The notes beneath the pieces are model-generated. The model was not told the DNA's origin, searched no databases, and was given only the letters and a program-made list of their open reading frames with translations. A stretch of DNA of 64,000 nt from Malacoraja senta (taxonomy: Eukaryota), in NCBI GenBank assembly GCA_038087875.1, contig CM075989.1, positions 16,804,001 through 16,868,000 of the forward strand, given 5' to 3'. The position numbers were made by a program, and so were the translations under genes. This document shows, piece after piece, positions 37,327 to 51,200 of this stretch (the stretch's first letter is position 1; each line of letters starts with the position of its first letter).

Positions 37327-37550
37327 GAGGCCTTGATCTGATCCTGATGCCTGGACTGGGGTTCGACAAACATGGCAACAGATTGGGAAGAGGGAAGGGT
37401 TACTATGACACTTACCTGGAGCGTTGTCTTAAGCATCCAAAGGGCAAACCCTACACAATTGCCTTGGCCTTCAAGGAGCAGATATGTGATCTGGTGCCTG
37501 TGACTGAAAGTGATAAGCTAATTGATGAAGTATTGTATGAGACATCGTAG
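37327..37550 (+). CDS. MTHFS: MTHFS exon 3 (last coding exon)
   Basis: Acceptor TTTCAAACAG, then (G)[73 protein letters not shown], containing the [10 protein letters not shown] signature. AATAAA at 37596 and 37812. Confidence 0.96.
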
Positions 37551-38909
37551 ATGAGTTCATTGGATCCTGATGAATTGGACAGGAAGATCATTCTAAATAA
37601 AGGACAGCGATTATCCATGAACATTGAAAATAATAATAATTTAATTTGACTTTCTGCTAATCAGTGGTGAAGAACATTAATGACAACAATTATGAGAAAT
37701 AGATTTTACCTGTTGAACTGTTTCATAAAGTTGGAAACACAAGTATTGGCAATTTATATATTTTTATGCAAAATACATATCATAATACATCTTTAATTAA
37801 CTTTTTAATTTAATAAAGATTTTTATTGTAACATGTTCAATCATTTATTTGTTCTCACAAAACAGCAAAGTTCATTCTTCAATGCTCTTTGCAATTTTAC
37901 ATCTTGATGTAAGTCTGGTCCTGCCCTCCACTGCCTTAGGCCTTAGTATGTATTATGCACAGAAATACGAAGGTTTTGGATGGAGCCCATTCTGCTGTGG
38001 AATGGAATTGACACTATTTTGCCAAATTATCTTCTTTATGAACCATTGGCAATTGGACCTCTTTCATTATATGAAAGCATTTGTTGTCATGTCTGTTGTG
38101 ATCTTTGTACGTCAAGCCAGTTCAGCTGCACACACAGGAGAATAAATGAGGAGGAAACAGTTTGAGAACATTTTATCATTATCAAGGTATTAGATGACTT
38201 AGCTGGCATAAAGTGGATAAATCCCCATGGTCTGGTAGGATGTATTCTAAACTGCTATGGGAGGCAAGGGAGGTAATTGCTGGGGCCCTGATAAACTTCT
38301 ATATCTTCACTGGCCACAGGTCGGTGCTGGGTGCCTGGAATAAATCAAATGCAGTACCCTTATTCAAGAAGGGCAGCAGAGAGAGGTAAGCCTGGTAATT
38401 GCAGGTCAAGACAGTAGTAGCGAAGATATTAGAAAAAAATATGTGGGATGGGATTAATCTGTATTTTGAAAGGCAGGGGTTAATCAAAGACAATGCTCAG
38501 TGTGGTGTTTGTTGTAGTGATCACCGCGCAGTGGTTAAGTTCCTATCTGGTGCATTGAAACTGCCTGCTACACAGCTGAAGGAGGACATTAAGAATCATG
38601 CTGTGTCTCAGTGCTACTGTAAAGCATTAGAATCACACCCTCTCAGGAAATAATAGTCCTGGAACTAGCCAATAAATCCTGCACCATCTGTGGAAAATGA
38701 ACGGTGAACATGTATCAGGTTGATGACGTTTCATCAATCTTCCAAAGAGTTCACAGAGACAAATAGGGCTCCAGAGGTTGACCGATAAAGACTACACAAC
38801 TGAACTGTAACCTCCTCCCCTTGTAGTGCAGCCTACTTGAAGTAAAAGCCCACAATCTGCTAACCTTCTGCTTTCTCTTGCTGTCTGGTAGTTAATGATT
38901 TGTTATTGA

Positions 38910-39460
38910 TATTGGTTTATTATTGTCATGTATACTGAGACACAGTGAAATTATTTATTTTGCTTGCTATCCAGTCAAATCATTCTATGTATGAGTGCAA
39001 TTAATCCTTGCACAAATACAACTGGTAATGCAAAGAGAAAAACAGAATGCATTATATAGTATTGCAGCTACAGAAGAACTGCAGAACAAAACAAGTGCAA
39101 GGCAGCATCGAGGTAGGTTGGGAGTTCTGGACTCCACTCTTAACTTAAGAAAGGTCAGATTAGTAGCCTGATAATAGCAGGGAAGAAGCTTTTTCGGAGC
39201 CTGATGGTACAAGCTTTTATTTCTTCTGCCCAACAGGAAAAGAAGAAGGAATGACCGAGCTGTTAGCGGTCCTTCATTGTGTTGGCTGCTCTCTCAGGGT
39301 AGCCTGGAGTGGAGATGGAGTCAGTGGGGGGGAGGGGGGGGGGGGGGTAATTTGCATGGTGGACTGGGCTACACCTACAACTCCTTGAAATTTCTTGCTG
39401 TCTTGGTCAGAACAGTTGCCCAAACTAAGTTGTGCTGCAATCCATAGGATACTTTCTACA
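38910..39460 (-). mobile_element. Degenerate Rex1/Babar LINE 3' fragment
   Basis: VESILWIAAQLSLGNCSDQDSKKFQGVV in ORF 39274-39474; tail motif TTTATTATTGTCA at ~38916. Confidence 0.6.
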
Positions 39461-41249
39461 GTGCAAAAAATCACGAGTACAATAGAGTAGATAAATGCAC
39501 AGTCTTTTGCCCATACGGGAATCGAGAACCAGAGGACATGGGTTTAAGGTGAGGGGGTAAATATATAATAGGAACCTGAGGGATAACATTTTTACATAAA
39601 GGGTATGGAACGAGCTTCTGGAGGACGTAGTTGAGGCAGTTACTATTGCAACATTTAAGAAACATTTGGACAGGTACACGGATAGGTTTAGAGGGATATG
39701 GACCAAACGCAGGCAGGTGGGTCTAGTGAAAATGGGGCATGTTGATCGGCATGGGCAAGTTGAGCTGAAGTGCCTGTTCCCACACTGTATGACTGAATCT
39801 ATGCATCTATAAAGTTGGAGTCTTTGGCAACATGCCAAATTGCATTGGATTTGTATGTATTCCCAAATCCTTTCACTGCTCTCTAGTACTGACATTCGAG
39901 ATGTGTGCTGTGATGGACTGTGCTGGAATCTGGTGGTACATGCGTTCAAGTGGTTACACTCACTAAAGCCTCACTGGATCAGGCCCTCACATGGAATTAG
40001 TGCTGCCTTGTGAGAGCTGTACAACTGAGCCTGGAAAAAAATAGGCATTTTCCAAAGAGGCTTTTATCAAACATTTCTTAATGATTGGATGATAGCCGGT
40101 CCCAACAAGTTCACACATTGTGTGTCGGTTTATTAGTTTGACAATGACTGATAACCATTGGTAGTCCTCCTCTCAGGAATTAGGCAGGTCAATTTGTATT
40201 ATTGATTGATCCCATTTATGCAGTTTTTGAAAATGTAGAGTTTACAGGGAAATGCTGTCCAAGAAATCAAAGGGGAAATCAATCCAATTATATTTGCTGT
40301 CGTTGTCAGTGAAGGTGATTTAGTTGCCATTTTGCAGACACAAGCAGAAACAAGTGAGCCCACTGGTTAACATTGTCCCAATTAATCTCTCACAGAACAT
40401 TTGCATGTCACTATGGTTAACTTAGTCAAGTCCTGGCATCAGCTGAGACCAAGGATATTGTCAATATCTTCAGACCCATCCATTGCCTGAGTAATGCATC
40501 CTCACAGATCCAATGACCTGGCTTTGATCCTGCCCTCCAGAATTGTCTATGTGGAGTTTGCACGATCTCCCTGAGATGGTGTGTATGTGGAAAGGATGTT
40601 TCCACTAGTGGGAGAGTCAAGGACCAGAGGCCATAACCTCAGAATAAAATAACGTCTCATTAGAAAGGAAATGAGGAACAACTTCTTTAGTGGGTGGGTG
40701 ATGAATCTGTGGAATTCATTGCCACAGAGGGCTGTGGAGGCCAAGTCAATGAATATGTTTAAGACGGAGATTGACAGATTCATCATTAGTACAGGTGTCC
40801 GTGGTTATGGGCAGGAGAATGGGTTTGCGAGGGAAAGATGGATCAGCCACGATTGAATGGCGGATGGGCCGATTGGCCTAATTCTGCTCCTATAACTTAT
40901 GAACTTATGATCATGTAGAAACACGGAAGTAAGGTGCTGGATTACACAAAAGGACATAGTGTTCCGATCCGAAAGGTTGTGTATCCATGTTTTCCAGAGA
41001 TGCTGCTTGACCTGCTGGATTGCTCCAGCACTTTGTATCCTCTCCGTGATCATGTTAGTTTTCTCTGGGTGCTCCCGTTCCCTCCCACATTCCAAAGCTG
41101 AGCAAGTTAGCAGGTTAATTGTCGACTGTAAATGCACCATGAGTAGGTGGGCAGCAGGAGAACCATTGGGGAGTTGTTGGACATGTGAAAGAGAATAGGT
41201 TACATGAAAATAAATGTGTGAATTGGATTAATGGACTACTTAGTGTCGG

Positions 41250-42000
41250 TGATAATTGCTCATTTCTAAGCTTCCCCCCCCCAGTAAAAACACTGAATCA
41301 AGCACTTGAATCAATTAAATTTTATTTTACCAAAAGCGCATCACAGATCACACACTACCTATCCCACCGCAGGTTCGATCCTTGCGTCCATTTGTTCAAG
41401 CCCTCTAGGCCTCACGCAGAATAGAGGCACTCCAGAAGGGAACGCGGTCCTGAGCGCTCTTCCAGAAGATCGACCCTGAGCCTCGTGACCATGGACTTTT
41501 ATATGTCCCGGGAACTCGAGGGGCCGAACCACACGGGGGTTGTCTCTTAATCACCCAATTACAGATATCAATTAACTCCGTACAAAACAGGCATTTCCCT
41601 AACCCAAGGATACAACAGTTCAATACATTGTATTCGCAACCGACTTCGAGATGAAGTCAACTGATTACCCTGATTAACAGAAATCTCAGACAAGGCTCAA
41701 CACCCCATCCAATCAACACTTAGCAGTCAGACTCTGCAACATTATTTACAAGGTGTATGTTTTTTTTTGCAGCCATCCAATCTATTTAATGCATTTAGCA
41801 CCAGATTGACAGGGTTTGCAAGGATTCCCATTCTTTGCTTGCAAATTGTATCTACGTTCCAGACTCCCTGGCACCTGACGCAGCCTGTCCCAGTCATGCA
41901 GAGAGCAATTCCAATTCCAATTTGACCAAATCTCCCAGCAACCCTGAAACTTAACCCCATTATTGAAGTCCTAGCTGGTCCAATTTAGCCAGGATTAACA
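41250..42000 (-). repeat. 3' LTR
   Basis: TG...CA termini; on the minus strand, TATAAAA (41503-41497) and AATAAA (41326-41321). Confidence 0.9.
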
Positions 42001-42012
42001 TTCCTTCCTTTT
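42001..42012 (-). other. Polypurine tract
   Basis: TTCCTTCCTTTT on + (AAAAGGAAGGAA on -) directly abutting the 3' LTR. Confidence 0.8.
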
Positions 42013-44476
42013 ATCATTATGATAACCCATCATAAATGATAACCAAAGTGGCTCAGTAATCAGCTAACCAGATATACATGAGTGTACTTTACATTTCCCA
42101 TCCATCAGTAACACAAGATGATGTTGTTTCTTCTCAGAATCTTGTAAAGCGTCCCGAGTTTTCATGGGCATGACTTCACAAGTCCTGTCTGAGGAGTCTT
42201 CACCTCCAGAGTTTTTGTGGGCGTGAATTCCCTCCATCTGTGTTCCTGCCCAGTCTTCCATCACCTTCCACAGTCAAACCTAAACCCTAGAAAAATCCTA
42301 AGAAGCAAGTTACAAAGGACAAAGGACATTTATTGTCACATACACCAAATGGTGTAGTGAAATTTGTTCTTGCCATGCAGCACAAATAGAATAAGTTACC
42401 ATTATGCACTCATGCTTTCCCACACATTCGCTATTTCTATTTCACTTGAACCAAGCCCTAATCTATTATCTATTGAACCTATCATATTGTCCTGTTTCCC
42501 TATATCCCTACAGGAAATCATATACATTTCAGCTGGGTTGAGTCCAGATTCCCCTAAAGGCGTGACTTTAATTTGAAGCAAACCATGATAAATGTTCCAA
42601 TTTAACCAAATTCAGTCTCATCCTTCAAATTACTATTCCGAATTTCAATGCCCATTTCTTCTTCATTCCACAGCATTGTAGCCGATAATACAATTCCCTT
42701 CCAATTCCTGTGGAATTCCCAGCTGTTCAAATTTAAACAATCAATTTCTCTTACTATTAATTTCATCCTCAGCCCAATCAAAAATGCCAAATCTAGGGAC
42801 AATTTATTTTCACCTTGATAATATAAGCCTTTTTACCATCAAGGGGTAAACAATTCAAATCCATCGGGCGAATACACATCGGCTCTGCTATTCCCAATAC
42901 AATTCAAGTTTCCCCCTATAGTTAACCAAGTCCGTCCTCCATTTTTCTCTTATTTATGTATGACTGGTTACTATGCTAATTCTCCACTATGTTGTTTCTT
43001 TATTCTATTAGCTCTTATTGTGTTAGCTTTTACTATGTTAGCTTTGTTCTCTGTCTAGGGGTTCTCGCTTTAATTCTATTGGCTTCGTTGTCTTTTATTT
43101 TATTGGCTTCGTTGTCTAGGGGTTCTCGCTCTTATAGTTCTCAATCCCTGAATGATTTCTTAATCCGGTCTCTTAAAGGGAAGTCCTGTTGCTCACAGTT
43201 CCTCTTTTGACCATGTCCAATTATATTCCAATTCCAATTCTCATTTTAAGTTCCAAGTTTTATTCCAATTTTTAATCCCAATTTTAATGCAACTCTCATA
43301 TTCCCTAAGTAATTCCATATTACCAGATCTTTCCAAGTTCCATCCTCCTTGATGCCCTTTAAACAATCCTTTCCATCTTTGTCCCCCTTTCTGAGGACGA
43401 GATAACGTCAGTTAATCATCAAACTCCAATTAGTCCTGTCAGATTCCACAAGTCTATTCCAAATCTAAAAACAAATTTTAAGTCCCTCCAATTCATCACA
43501 ACCCAATTTTGAGACCGAATCCAAAATTTATATATTTATTTCTAAACCCCATAATTTGGATGCAATTCAGTTATTCTGCCCCAAACCACAGAGAAATATT
43601 TTATTTGAAATCAATCCTTTAAAGTGAGGTCTGTCCCAGAAGTCATTATAAGTTGTTGATGTTATTTCCTTCAAAGATGTTAAAAGTGTCCTTTATTCTC
43701 CTTCCTTTTATTCTTCCAGTAGCCAGGTGATCTGAAGTTAGGCACTAGGGTAGGTCTGTTGCTACGGAGTGGGGATTGCTGGCCTTCCCAAATATCTTAA
43801 AGGGGCAGGACAGTATAAATTCTTCCTGCTGGTCACCTTTTTCTGAGGAGCTACATTACCTTCTGCTCTCTTCTTCCCGTTCTTAGGGGTCTGTGTATTC
43901 TTTTACCTCACTCGCCAGATAGTCTCTTGTTGACACACTGTCCTGCAGGCACAAAACTCAGCAATACATTAGCGCAATATCTTCTTTTCCCCACTCCCAT
44001 TCCTCCTGCACAATAAGTTTGTTTCTTCTCTCCATAGTGCCATTTCCATTCCTCAGTTGTTATCTTTTCGCATGCTAGCTACTATGTTATTCTTGCCATT
44101 CTCTTTCAGTGAGAATTCTCTGAGAGTCAGATTCGATGTATCTTTCCCGGTTAGGAAGGGGTGATGCTACAGTACTTTTTCTTAGGCCAGAGGATGCCTT
44201 TTAATTTCATCAGATGACATGGTTGCTCACTGGCAGGTCAGAGCCACTGAAATGGGTTAGACTGTCTCTTCCCCCTGGCCTCCCTGATTCCCCTGCCAGT
44301 GGCCCCTACCTTCAGGGTCACCGGAACCTCGGTTTCCGTAACCCCGTGGCCTCTTTCTCTGTCCCCTTCCTTCCCAATGATATACCCTCATGGGACACGA
44401 CCGACTCCAGTGCCCAAGTCCTCCACAGCTAAAGCATTGATCGGGCCGGATTGCTCTACAACCTCACCAGCCAAAC

Positions 44477-45664
44477 CTAGGAAAGGTTGGTTCTGTAAAT
44501 GGGAGGTCTATCTATCCAGGCCTTAAGATCTTCTTCCTCTTTATCCCCATTCGTTCTTATCTCCTTTATTTGGACCTCTAACCTCCGTGCTGCCGTTGGA
44601 CCCGGCTGCCTTGACGTTTGATTGTCTGTGGTCTGGGGAACATTTACATGTGATGCAGGCATTTCCCTACACACACATTGTCTGCGGGGATCTCTTCCTA
44701 AATTCTCTTCTGTGGTGACTTGTTCCGATGCCACAATATTATTTATGTCCGGATCAATCCACCCATATTCTCCCCCTATCTCACCCCCTGAAAGGCTATT
44801 TGTTTAATCCCGGTACCTCAAGAAGGATTCTTTTACTCTTTCACTACTGGAATCCCTAATCAATTTCGGCACCGATGTCGACAAAGTCATTTTCCAAGCT
44901 CCTGGGTTTCCCTTATTATTATCTTTCACCCGTGGGACAATCCCAGGAGATAGAAGATCCCTTCCCGATGTTTCTGTGTTAGATTCAAATTTAGGGGGAG
45001 GAGCTGAAGTTAACGTTGACCCCTCCCGTGTGCCCCGCTCGCAAGCTGCTCACGGTTCCTCTGATTTGGGAACATGAGAGTTTTCTGGTGGACACTGGCT
45101 CTATATCTACTCCGAAGAACTCTGCCCAGTTTGGCATATTATTCCCTTCAAGGGGTGCAAACCCTTTCTCATATTTACCCGATTTAATTTCCGTTGGCAC
45201 CTTCCCTTTGAGAGCCGTCTCAGCAGTCTCTTTTTTGAAAGATGACACTCTCTCCTGCTCCTGCTCTTGCTGTTGGCTTATTAATTTCCCTTGTCCCCGC
45301 TCTGAAATGTCCTGAGATGGATCAGGTGTCTTATCTTCTCCTATCCCCAATTTACAAGCCGCCATTGTTAGGGTGGACAGTAAAAAATGTCCTATTATTT
45401 ATTTTTCTCCCAGTGAAGAATGCTTTCCACATCTGAATTAACTTGTTTGCTTCTTCATTATTCCCATAATCTCTAATGATTCTTTCTACATAGTTTATCC
45501 CGATCAAAGACTTCACCCAACAGCTAAAGTTGATCTTTTAAAAATGCATTTAATTTCCCCGATAATCCCCTCAGTCTATCTGCTTCATTTGGAAGCTCCC
45601 TGCAAATTATCCTTATCGGGCTGTCCAATCTGTTTTATCGATCCTTCTCAGAGACATTCCCCAT
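44477..45664 (-). pseudogene. Decayed gag-like reading frame (matrix-like N-terminus)
   Basis: From the ATG at 45664: MGNVSEKDR*NRLDSPIRIICRELPNEADRLRGLSGKLNAFLKDQL*LLG, then after a shift SLIGINYVERIIRDYGNNEEANKLIQMWKAFF. The MG start fits a myristoylated Gag. Further charged ORF fragments at 44991-45365 and 44477-44734. Confidence 0.5.
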
Positions 45665-47426
45665 CTCGGAACAATGGACAAAACACAAATTGCAAAATAA
45701 AGGTTCCAGAGACTAACACCTCTTTCTCCCACTACTTCTCCCTTCTCCAAGGTCAATGGAATCTCTCTCTCACAATGGGTAACGATCTTTCCGATTCACA
45801 CCCGCTCCAGACTATCTCCCAATCACTCCTGTTTAATTATTCAAACCACACTCCTATTCAGTCTCTCCCAACTCTCTTATCGGTTAAATCACACTCGCTG
45901 CATTCAATTCCAAATTTTAAACAAAGGGTCTAGTTTCCACTCACAGTCTCTCACGCAGCAGCTTCTCACACAGCAGTCTCTTTCTTTAATTAACTTTAAG
46001 GTGGCACAAACAGATAAGCTCAAACCACGCCAACAAGACTATGACTAAGAATGGAAATATTCCCCCGATTATCAACAGCCCAAAACACACCTCAATATAA
46101 ACTATAATCATACAGTAAACCCCACTTTAATCAACTATAATCATACAGTAAACCCCACAATACAGAAAGCTATTTTTACAATTTACAAAATTATTTAAAG
46201 CACTAGCGCACAATTCACGAACACTCGATCTCGACGCCGCATCATGCTGGTATCACGCAGCGAGCCTCTCCCTCTGATACCGAAGATTTTCCCCTTCCTA
46301 GCTTACTCTTTGCTGAGGGGTACTATTCCTTTAAATGATTACTTTTCCTCCCGAATGTTACTATCCCTCTGCTAAGACTGGACTTCTATAGGGGGACCTC
46401 TATCCCTCCTCTCTAAGTTCGACAGAATTAGGGGTACCCTTCGCTATTCGGATTATTTTTCCTCAAGTAGGGCGGCTCCCGTCTCTCAGGTACTCTTCGC
46501 TATCAGGTACTAATCAACAATCGACCAGAAGGTTACTACTCACTGTTGATCAGCTGCTATTCGGAATCGATCACGGACATGCACCAACATCGAAGTTCTA
46601 TATACAGGAATTCAAATCCCACCTTACGCAGAACTTCAATTTGAAATCCAGTATTTGGAAATGTCGCTGCAAATTTAGAACACTTGAACTAGAACTTGAT
46701 CTCCTAATTTTTAGTGCGTATTTTATTACTACGCGGGCTCTCGAATCAGCTAAAATTGCCCAATTCAATTTTTTTGAACGAACTAGAGTATTCCGGACAA
46801 TCTATACCCAGTTTATCCAAGCTCGGTACCTTCTTGAAGCTCCTCATCCCAAATTTCAGAGAGAGACTCAGATTCTTACACACAGATACACCCTCTGCTA
46901 AGTACTGAGGATCCAGCACCTTGCCGCTTCGCGCTGTGAATTATCTATGCCGTTTTTCGAAGCGCAGCTTTTCAATTCACGCTCCCGGCAGCGATCCGGT
47001 CGACGATAAGACCTGTCTTTAATACCCCACCAAATTCGGATACCAGGTCTACCCTTGGGCCACCCCTCACCCGAGGATGCGCGCTAGGCTCTCGTTAAAG
47101 GCAGCTGTAGTCTGCTCAACTATGACCAATTTAGGCCTCTAACCAAGGACTGGTCCTTTAACCCCACCCCACCAGGGCCTCTAACCCTAACCTGGTTTTA
47201 TGGGTCTCTAACCCAAAGGAATGCTAACCATTCCCCCGTGCTTGCTAGACTCTGTTCTAATGATCTCGATTAGACCCTTTCCCAAGTATGCGAATGATCG
47301 ATCCGCTCCGACTCACGAGGTGCCGAAAATAAATGCGAAAACCGCACAGTGGGCCCGATTTCTGCACCCGCGATCGAAACAGCTCAACACCCTTGATCGC
47401 AAACTTGTGTTTGGGGGTCTTTTGAG

Positions 47427-47444
47427 AACCCGATCGAGCCCCCA
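47427..47444 (-). other. Primer-binding site, tRNA-Pro-like
   Basis: The minus strand reads TGGGGGCTCGATCGGGTT one base from the 5' LTR; 15/18 identical to the classical tRNA-Pro PBS TGGGGGCTCGTCCGGGAT. Confidence 0.8.
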
Positions 47445-47445
47445 A

Positions 47446-48209
47446 TGATAATTGCTCATTTCTAAACTTACTCCCAGTCTAGTTTCAGTAAAAACACTGA
47501 ATCAAGCACTTGAAACAACTAAATGTTATTTTACCAAATGTGCATCACAGATCACATACTGTACCTATCCCACCGCGGGTTCGATCCTTGCGTCCATTTG
47601 TTCAAACCCTCTAGGCCTCGCGCAGGCAGAGGCACTCCAGAAGGGTACGCGGTCCTGAACGCTCTTCCAGAAGATCGACCCTGAGCCTTGTGACCACAGA
47701 CTTTTATACGTCCCGGAAACTCGAGGGCCGAAACACACGGGGGTTGTCTCTTAATCACCCAATTACAGATATTGATTAACCGCATACATAACAGGCATTT
47801 CCCTAACCCAATGACACAACAGTTCAATACATTGTATTCACAACCGACTTCGAGATGAAGGCCACTGATTACCCTGATTAACAGAAATCTCAGACAAGGC
47901 TCAACACCCGATCAAATCAACACTTAGCAGAGTCAGACTCTGCAACATTATTTACAAATTATTTACAAGGTGTATGTCTGGTTTGCAGCCATCCAATCCA
48001 TTCTATGCATTTAGCACCAGATTGAGAGGGTTTGCAAGGCTTCCCATTCTTTGCTTGCAAATTGTATCTAAGTTCCAGACTCCCTGGCACCTCTCGCAGC
48101 CTGTCCTAGCTCTGCAGAGAGCAATTCCAATTTGACCAAATCTCCCAGCAACCCTGAAACTTAACCCCATTTTGAAGTCCTAGCTGGTTCAATTTAGCCA
48201 GGATTAATA
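47446..48209 (-). repeat. 5' LTR
   Basis: Direct repeat of 41250-42000, roughly 90-93% identical by eye. Terminal CA reads TA on +; TATAAAA retained (47708-47702); poly(A) hexamer reads AATAAC. Confidence 0.9.
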
Positions 48210-51200
48210 TCGGCATAGACTTGATGGGCCGAATGGCCTTCTATATTATAAATATGAAAGCTCAGTGGACAACACATCCATGTAATGCCTGTACCAAGTA
48301 TATCAGTTCACTGTGTTCTCTGCATCCATCCATCCATCCATCCATTTGGTTTATCAACTTTCAGTTGAGGAAATCTATGCTGAACTATGTAACTGCTTCA
48401 ATACCGTTGCAAAATATGTGCCACTTTGCCACATAGTTTAATTTGTGATGGGGCTCTGTTGGTTCTAAGGTTGTGCCTTTAACCTTTCAACTTCAGAGGA
48501 CTGAGCTTAGAAGTGTATATTGTCAAGAGGGAGCAATGAGCTGAAGCTTTGGCCAGTGACATTCCTTTGTTATTGTGCCAGTGAGCCTCTCTATTGCAAG
48601 GATAGTCCTGTCATGTAGCACCTCAGATCAATTTATACCTAATTAATGTTACGTTATAGCTCAAAAGGCTCTCCATTTTCAGATCTGTAAAATATTTTCA
48701 AAGCAGAGTTCAGTGCCATGTCAAAGTTTTGTGTTTGCAAATATCTTGACACATGAGTGGACGCATGCACCCACAATGGAAATTCAAGCATGTGAAGCGT
48801 TCACAATTTTGCCCATTGCCTGTTTTGGAATTTCTTATCTGTGCAGCTTGCAAGTTGCAAATTGGTTGATTCCAGCAACGCTTGATGGGTGAGAAAAGTA
48901 GCAGATCTAAAACTGCTGCTTACACTGCCAGTGCTATTTTAAACCAGGTCGAATTTGTTCATTTCGCTGGGTTGGGTGATGTTAACAATATAGATTGAAG
49001 TGCCACATTGTACTGTGTGAACGACACATTCATAGTTTCCACTCTCAAGATCAATTGACTTCCTTGGTCGCAATGTCACGCAGTGTTTTTTTTACTGTAG
49101 AAGACCTGTGGTCTGGACCTCATCCCTGAGCTTTAGCTTCTTCTGGTCTTTTTGACCAATGTAAGCCCTCATCTTTGAAACTTCCCCTCTTAATACTTAT
49201 TACTTTGTGTGCTCAAGTTTGATAGGATCATAGAGACGCAGTATGGAAAGAAGCCCTATGGCCCAACTTGCCCACACGGGCCAACATGTCCCATCTACTC
49301 TAGTCCCACCTACCTGCATTTGGTCCTTACCAGTCCCTCTAAACCTGTGCTATCCATGCACCTCTTTAAATGTTTCTGAAACATCCATGTTACTTTTATG
49401 GAAGGAATTTCACAATTATTCGTGTTAGAAATTTCTCATCAGAAGAAACTATGTACAATACAATAATACTTTATCAGTCAAGTATGTTTTGCAACATACG
49501 AAGAATTTCATTTGCCAAGTCAGTCGTACAAATAAAAAGCAATGGAACACACAAAATGCATTTTAACATAAACATCCACCACAGTGACTCCTCCACATTC
49601 CTCACTGTGATGGAAGGCGAAAAAAAAGTTAAATCTCTTCACTTCTTTGTTCTCCCGTGGTCGGGGGCCTCAAGCCTTCCGTTGACGGGACGATCTTGTG
49701 GGTTTTTTCCGGGTGATCCGGTTTCCTCCCACATTCCAAAGATGTGCATGTTTGTAGGTTCATTGTTTTCTGAAAATTGTCCCTAGTGTGCAGGGTAGAA
49801 CTAATGTATGTGGTGATTGCTGGTCGGCGTGGACTCGGTGGGCCGAAGGGCCCATTTCCACGCTGTACCTAAACTAAACGAAACCAAATTGAAGCTAGAC
49901 ATCTCTAAATCCAGTTGCACAGCAACACCAATATTTGGCAAATGCTTGTCAGATATGTCCTAACTTCACCACTGTGTATACAATTGTACATCCTGGTTTG
50001 AGGACAGCTCGCATCTTGTGTCTGTCCTTTCAGCTTCACCCCAACCGTGGCTGGGAGATCAACATGGCCCTGTCATTTGAGTCAAGTCACCTGGCTGCAT
50101 CTTTTAGAGATACAGCATGGAAACGGGCCCTTCGGCCCACCAGGTCCACACCATCCATTGATCTGGGTTGCTCCTCAGTGATGGGGCCTCAGAGAAGAAC
50201 CTGGAGATCAGGATTTCACCTTCCAATGAAGCAGCTGCAATTTGCACTTTTTTGACTTTTCACAGAAAGGAATAACCTCAATCGGTCACCTTCCCACTGC
50301 CTGTTCCAGATGCTGGTTTATACCGATGATAGACACAAAATGCTGGAGTAACTCCGCTGGTCAGGCAGCATCTCCGAAGAAAAGCAATAGGCTTCGGAAT
50401 CCTTCTTATGAATATGAATATTTAGGGTGAAGATGGACACAAAAAGTTGGAGAAACTCAGCGGGACAGGCATCATCTCTGGAGAGAAGGAATGGGTGACA
50501 TTCTGGGTTGAGACCCTTCTTCAGACTGGGACAGGCAGCGTCGCTGGAGAGAAATCGTTTAAACCAGCATCTGCAGTTCCTTCCTACACATGAATATTTG
50601 GGGTGATTGTTGGGATGCCAGTCAAGCGGGCTGCTTTACCCATGATAATGCTGAGCTTGAGTTAAAGTTAAACATATTCGGGCAAGTGGAGAGCATTGTG
50701 TCACACTCCTGACTGGCAGATGGTGGAAAGGCTTTAGGCGTCAGGAAATAAGAAAATCGCTGTTATCCCTGAGCATCAACAGCTTCTTCTGGTTTTAAAA
50801 AAGAAAATCCAGCATTTGCCGTTTTTTGCCTTACTTTGTTTAATCCTGCAATTTTCATTTTCCAACTGGACAACTGGTTTGCAGTGCTTCAGCTATGATG
50901 AGAGACTGGAAAGGCTAGCACCGTTTTCCTGGAGCCAAGGTAGTTAAGAGGCGACCACAACTGAGGTATATAAAGCTATGAGTAATACAGATGAGGTAAG
51001 ACTGAAGGAAACTTTTACCCATGTCAGAGAAAGATACAACTAGAGGGCACAAATTTAGAGTAAGGGGTAAGAGATTCTGTTGGGGATATGACGGGGACTT
51101 TCTCCAGCCAGAGAGTGGTGAGTACCTGGAATGACCTGCTGGAGAAAGTGGTGGAAGCAGAGTCATTGAAGCAATGTCTAGATGACCATTGAATCGCCCA

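Larger units (their letters stand above)
41250..48209 (-). mobile_element. Endogenous-retrovirus-like LTR element (class I-like, non-autonomous or decayed)
   Basis: Two ~750-760-bp direct repeats (41250-42000; 47446-48209), a 4-bp TSD TCGG (41246-41249, 48210-48213), a tRNA-Pro-like PBS, a PPT and a decayed gag start. It is inserted in the tail of a V-SINE. Confidence 0.9.
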
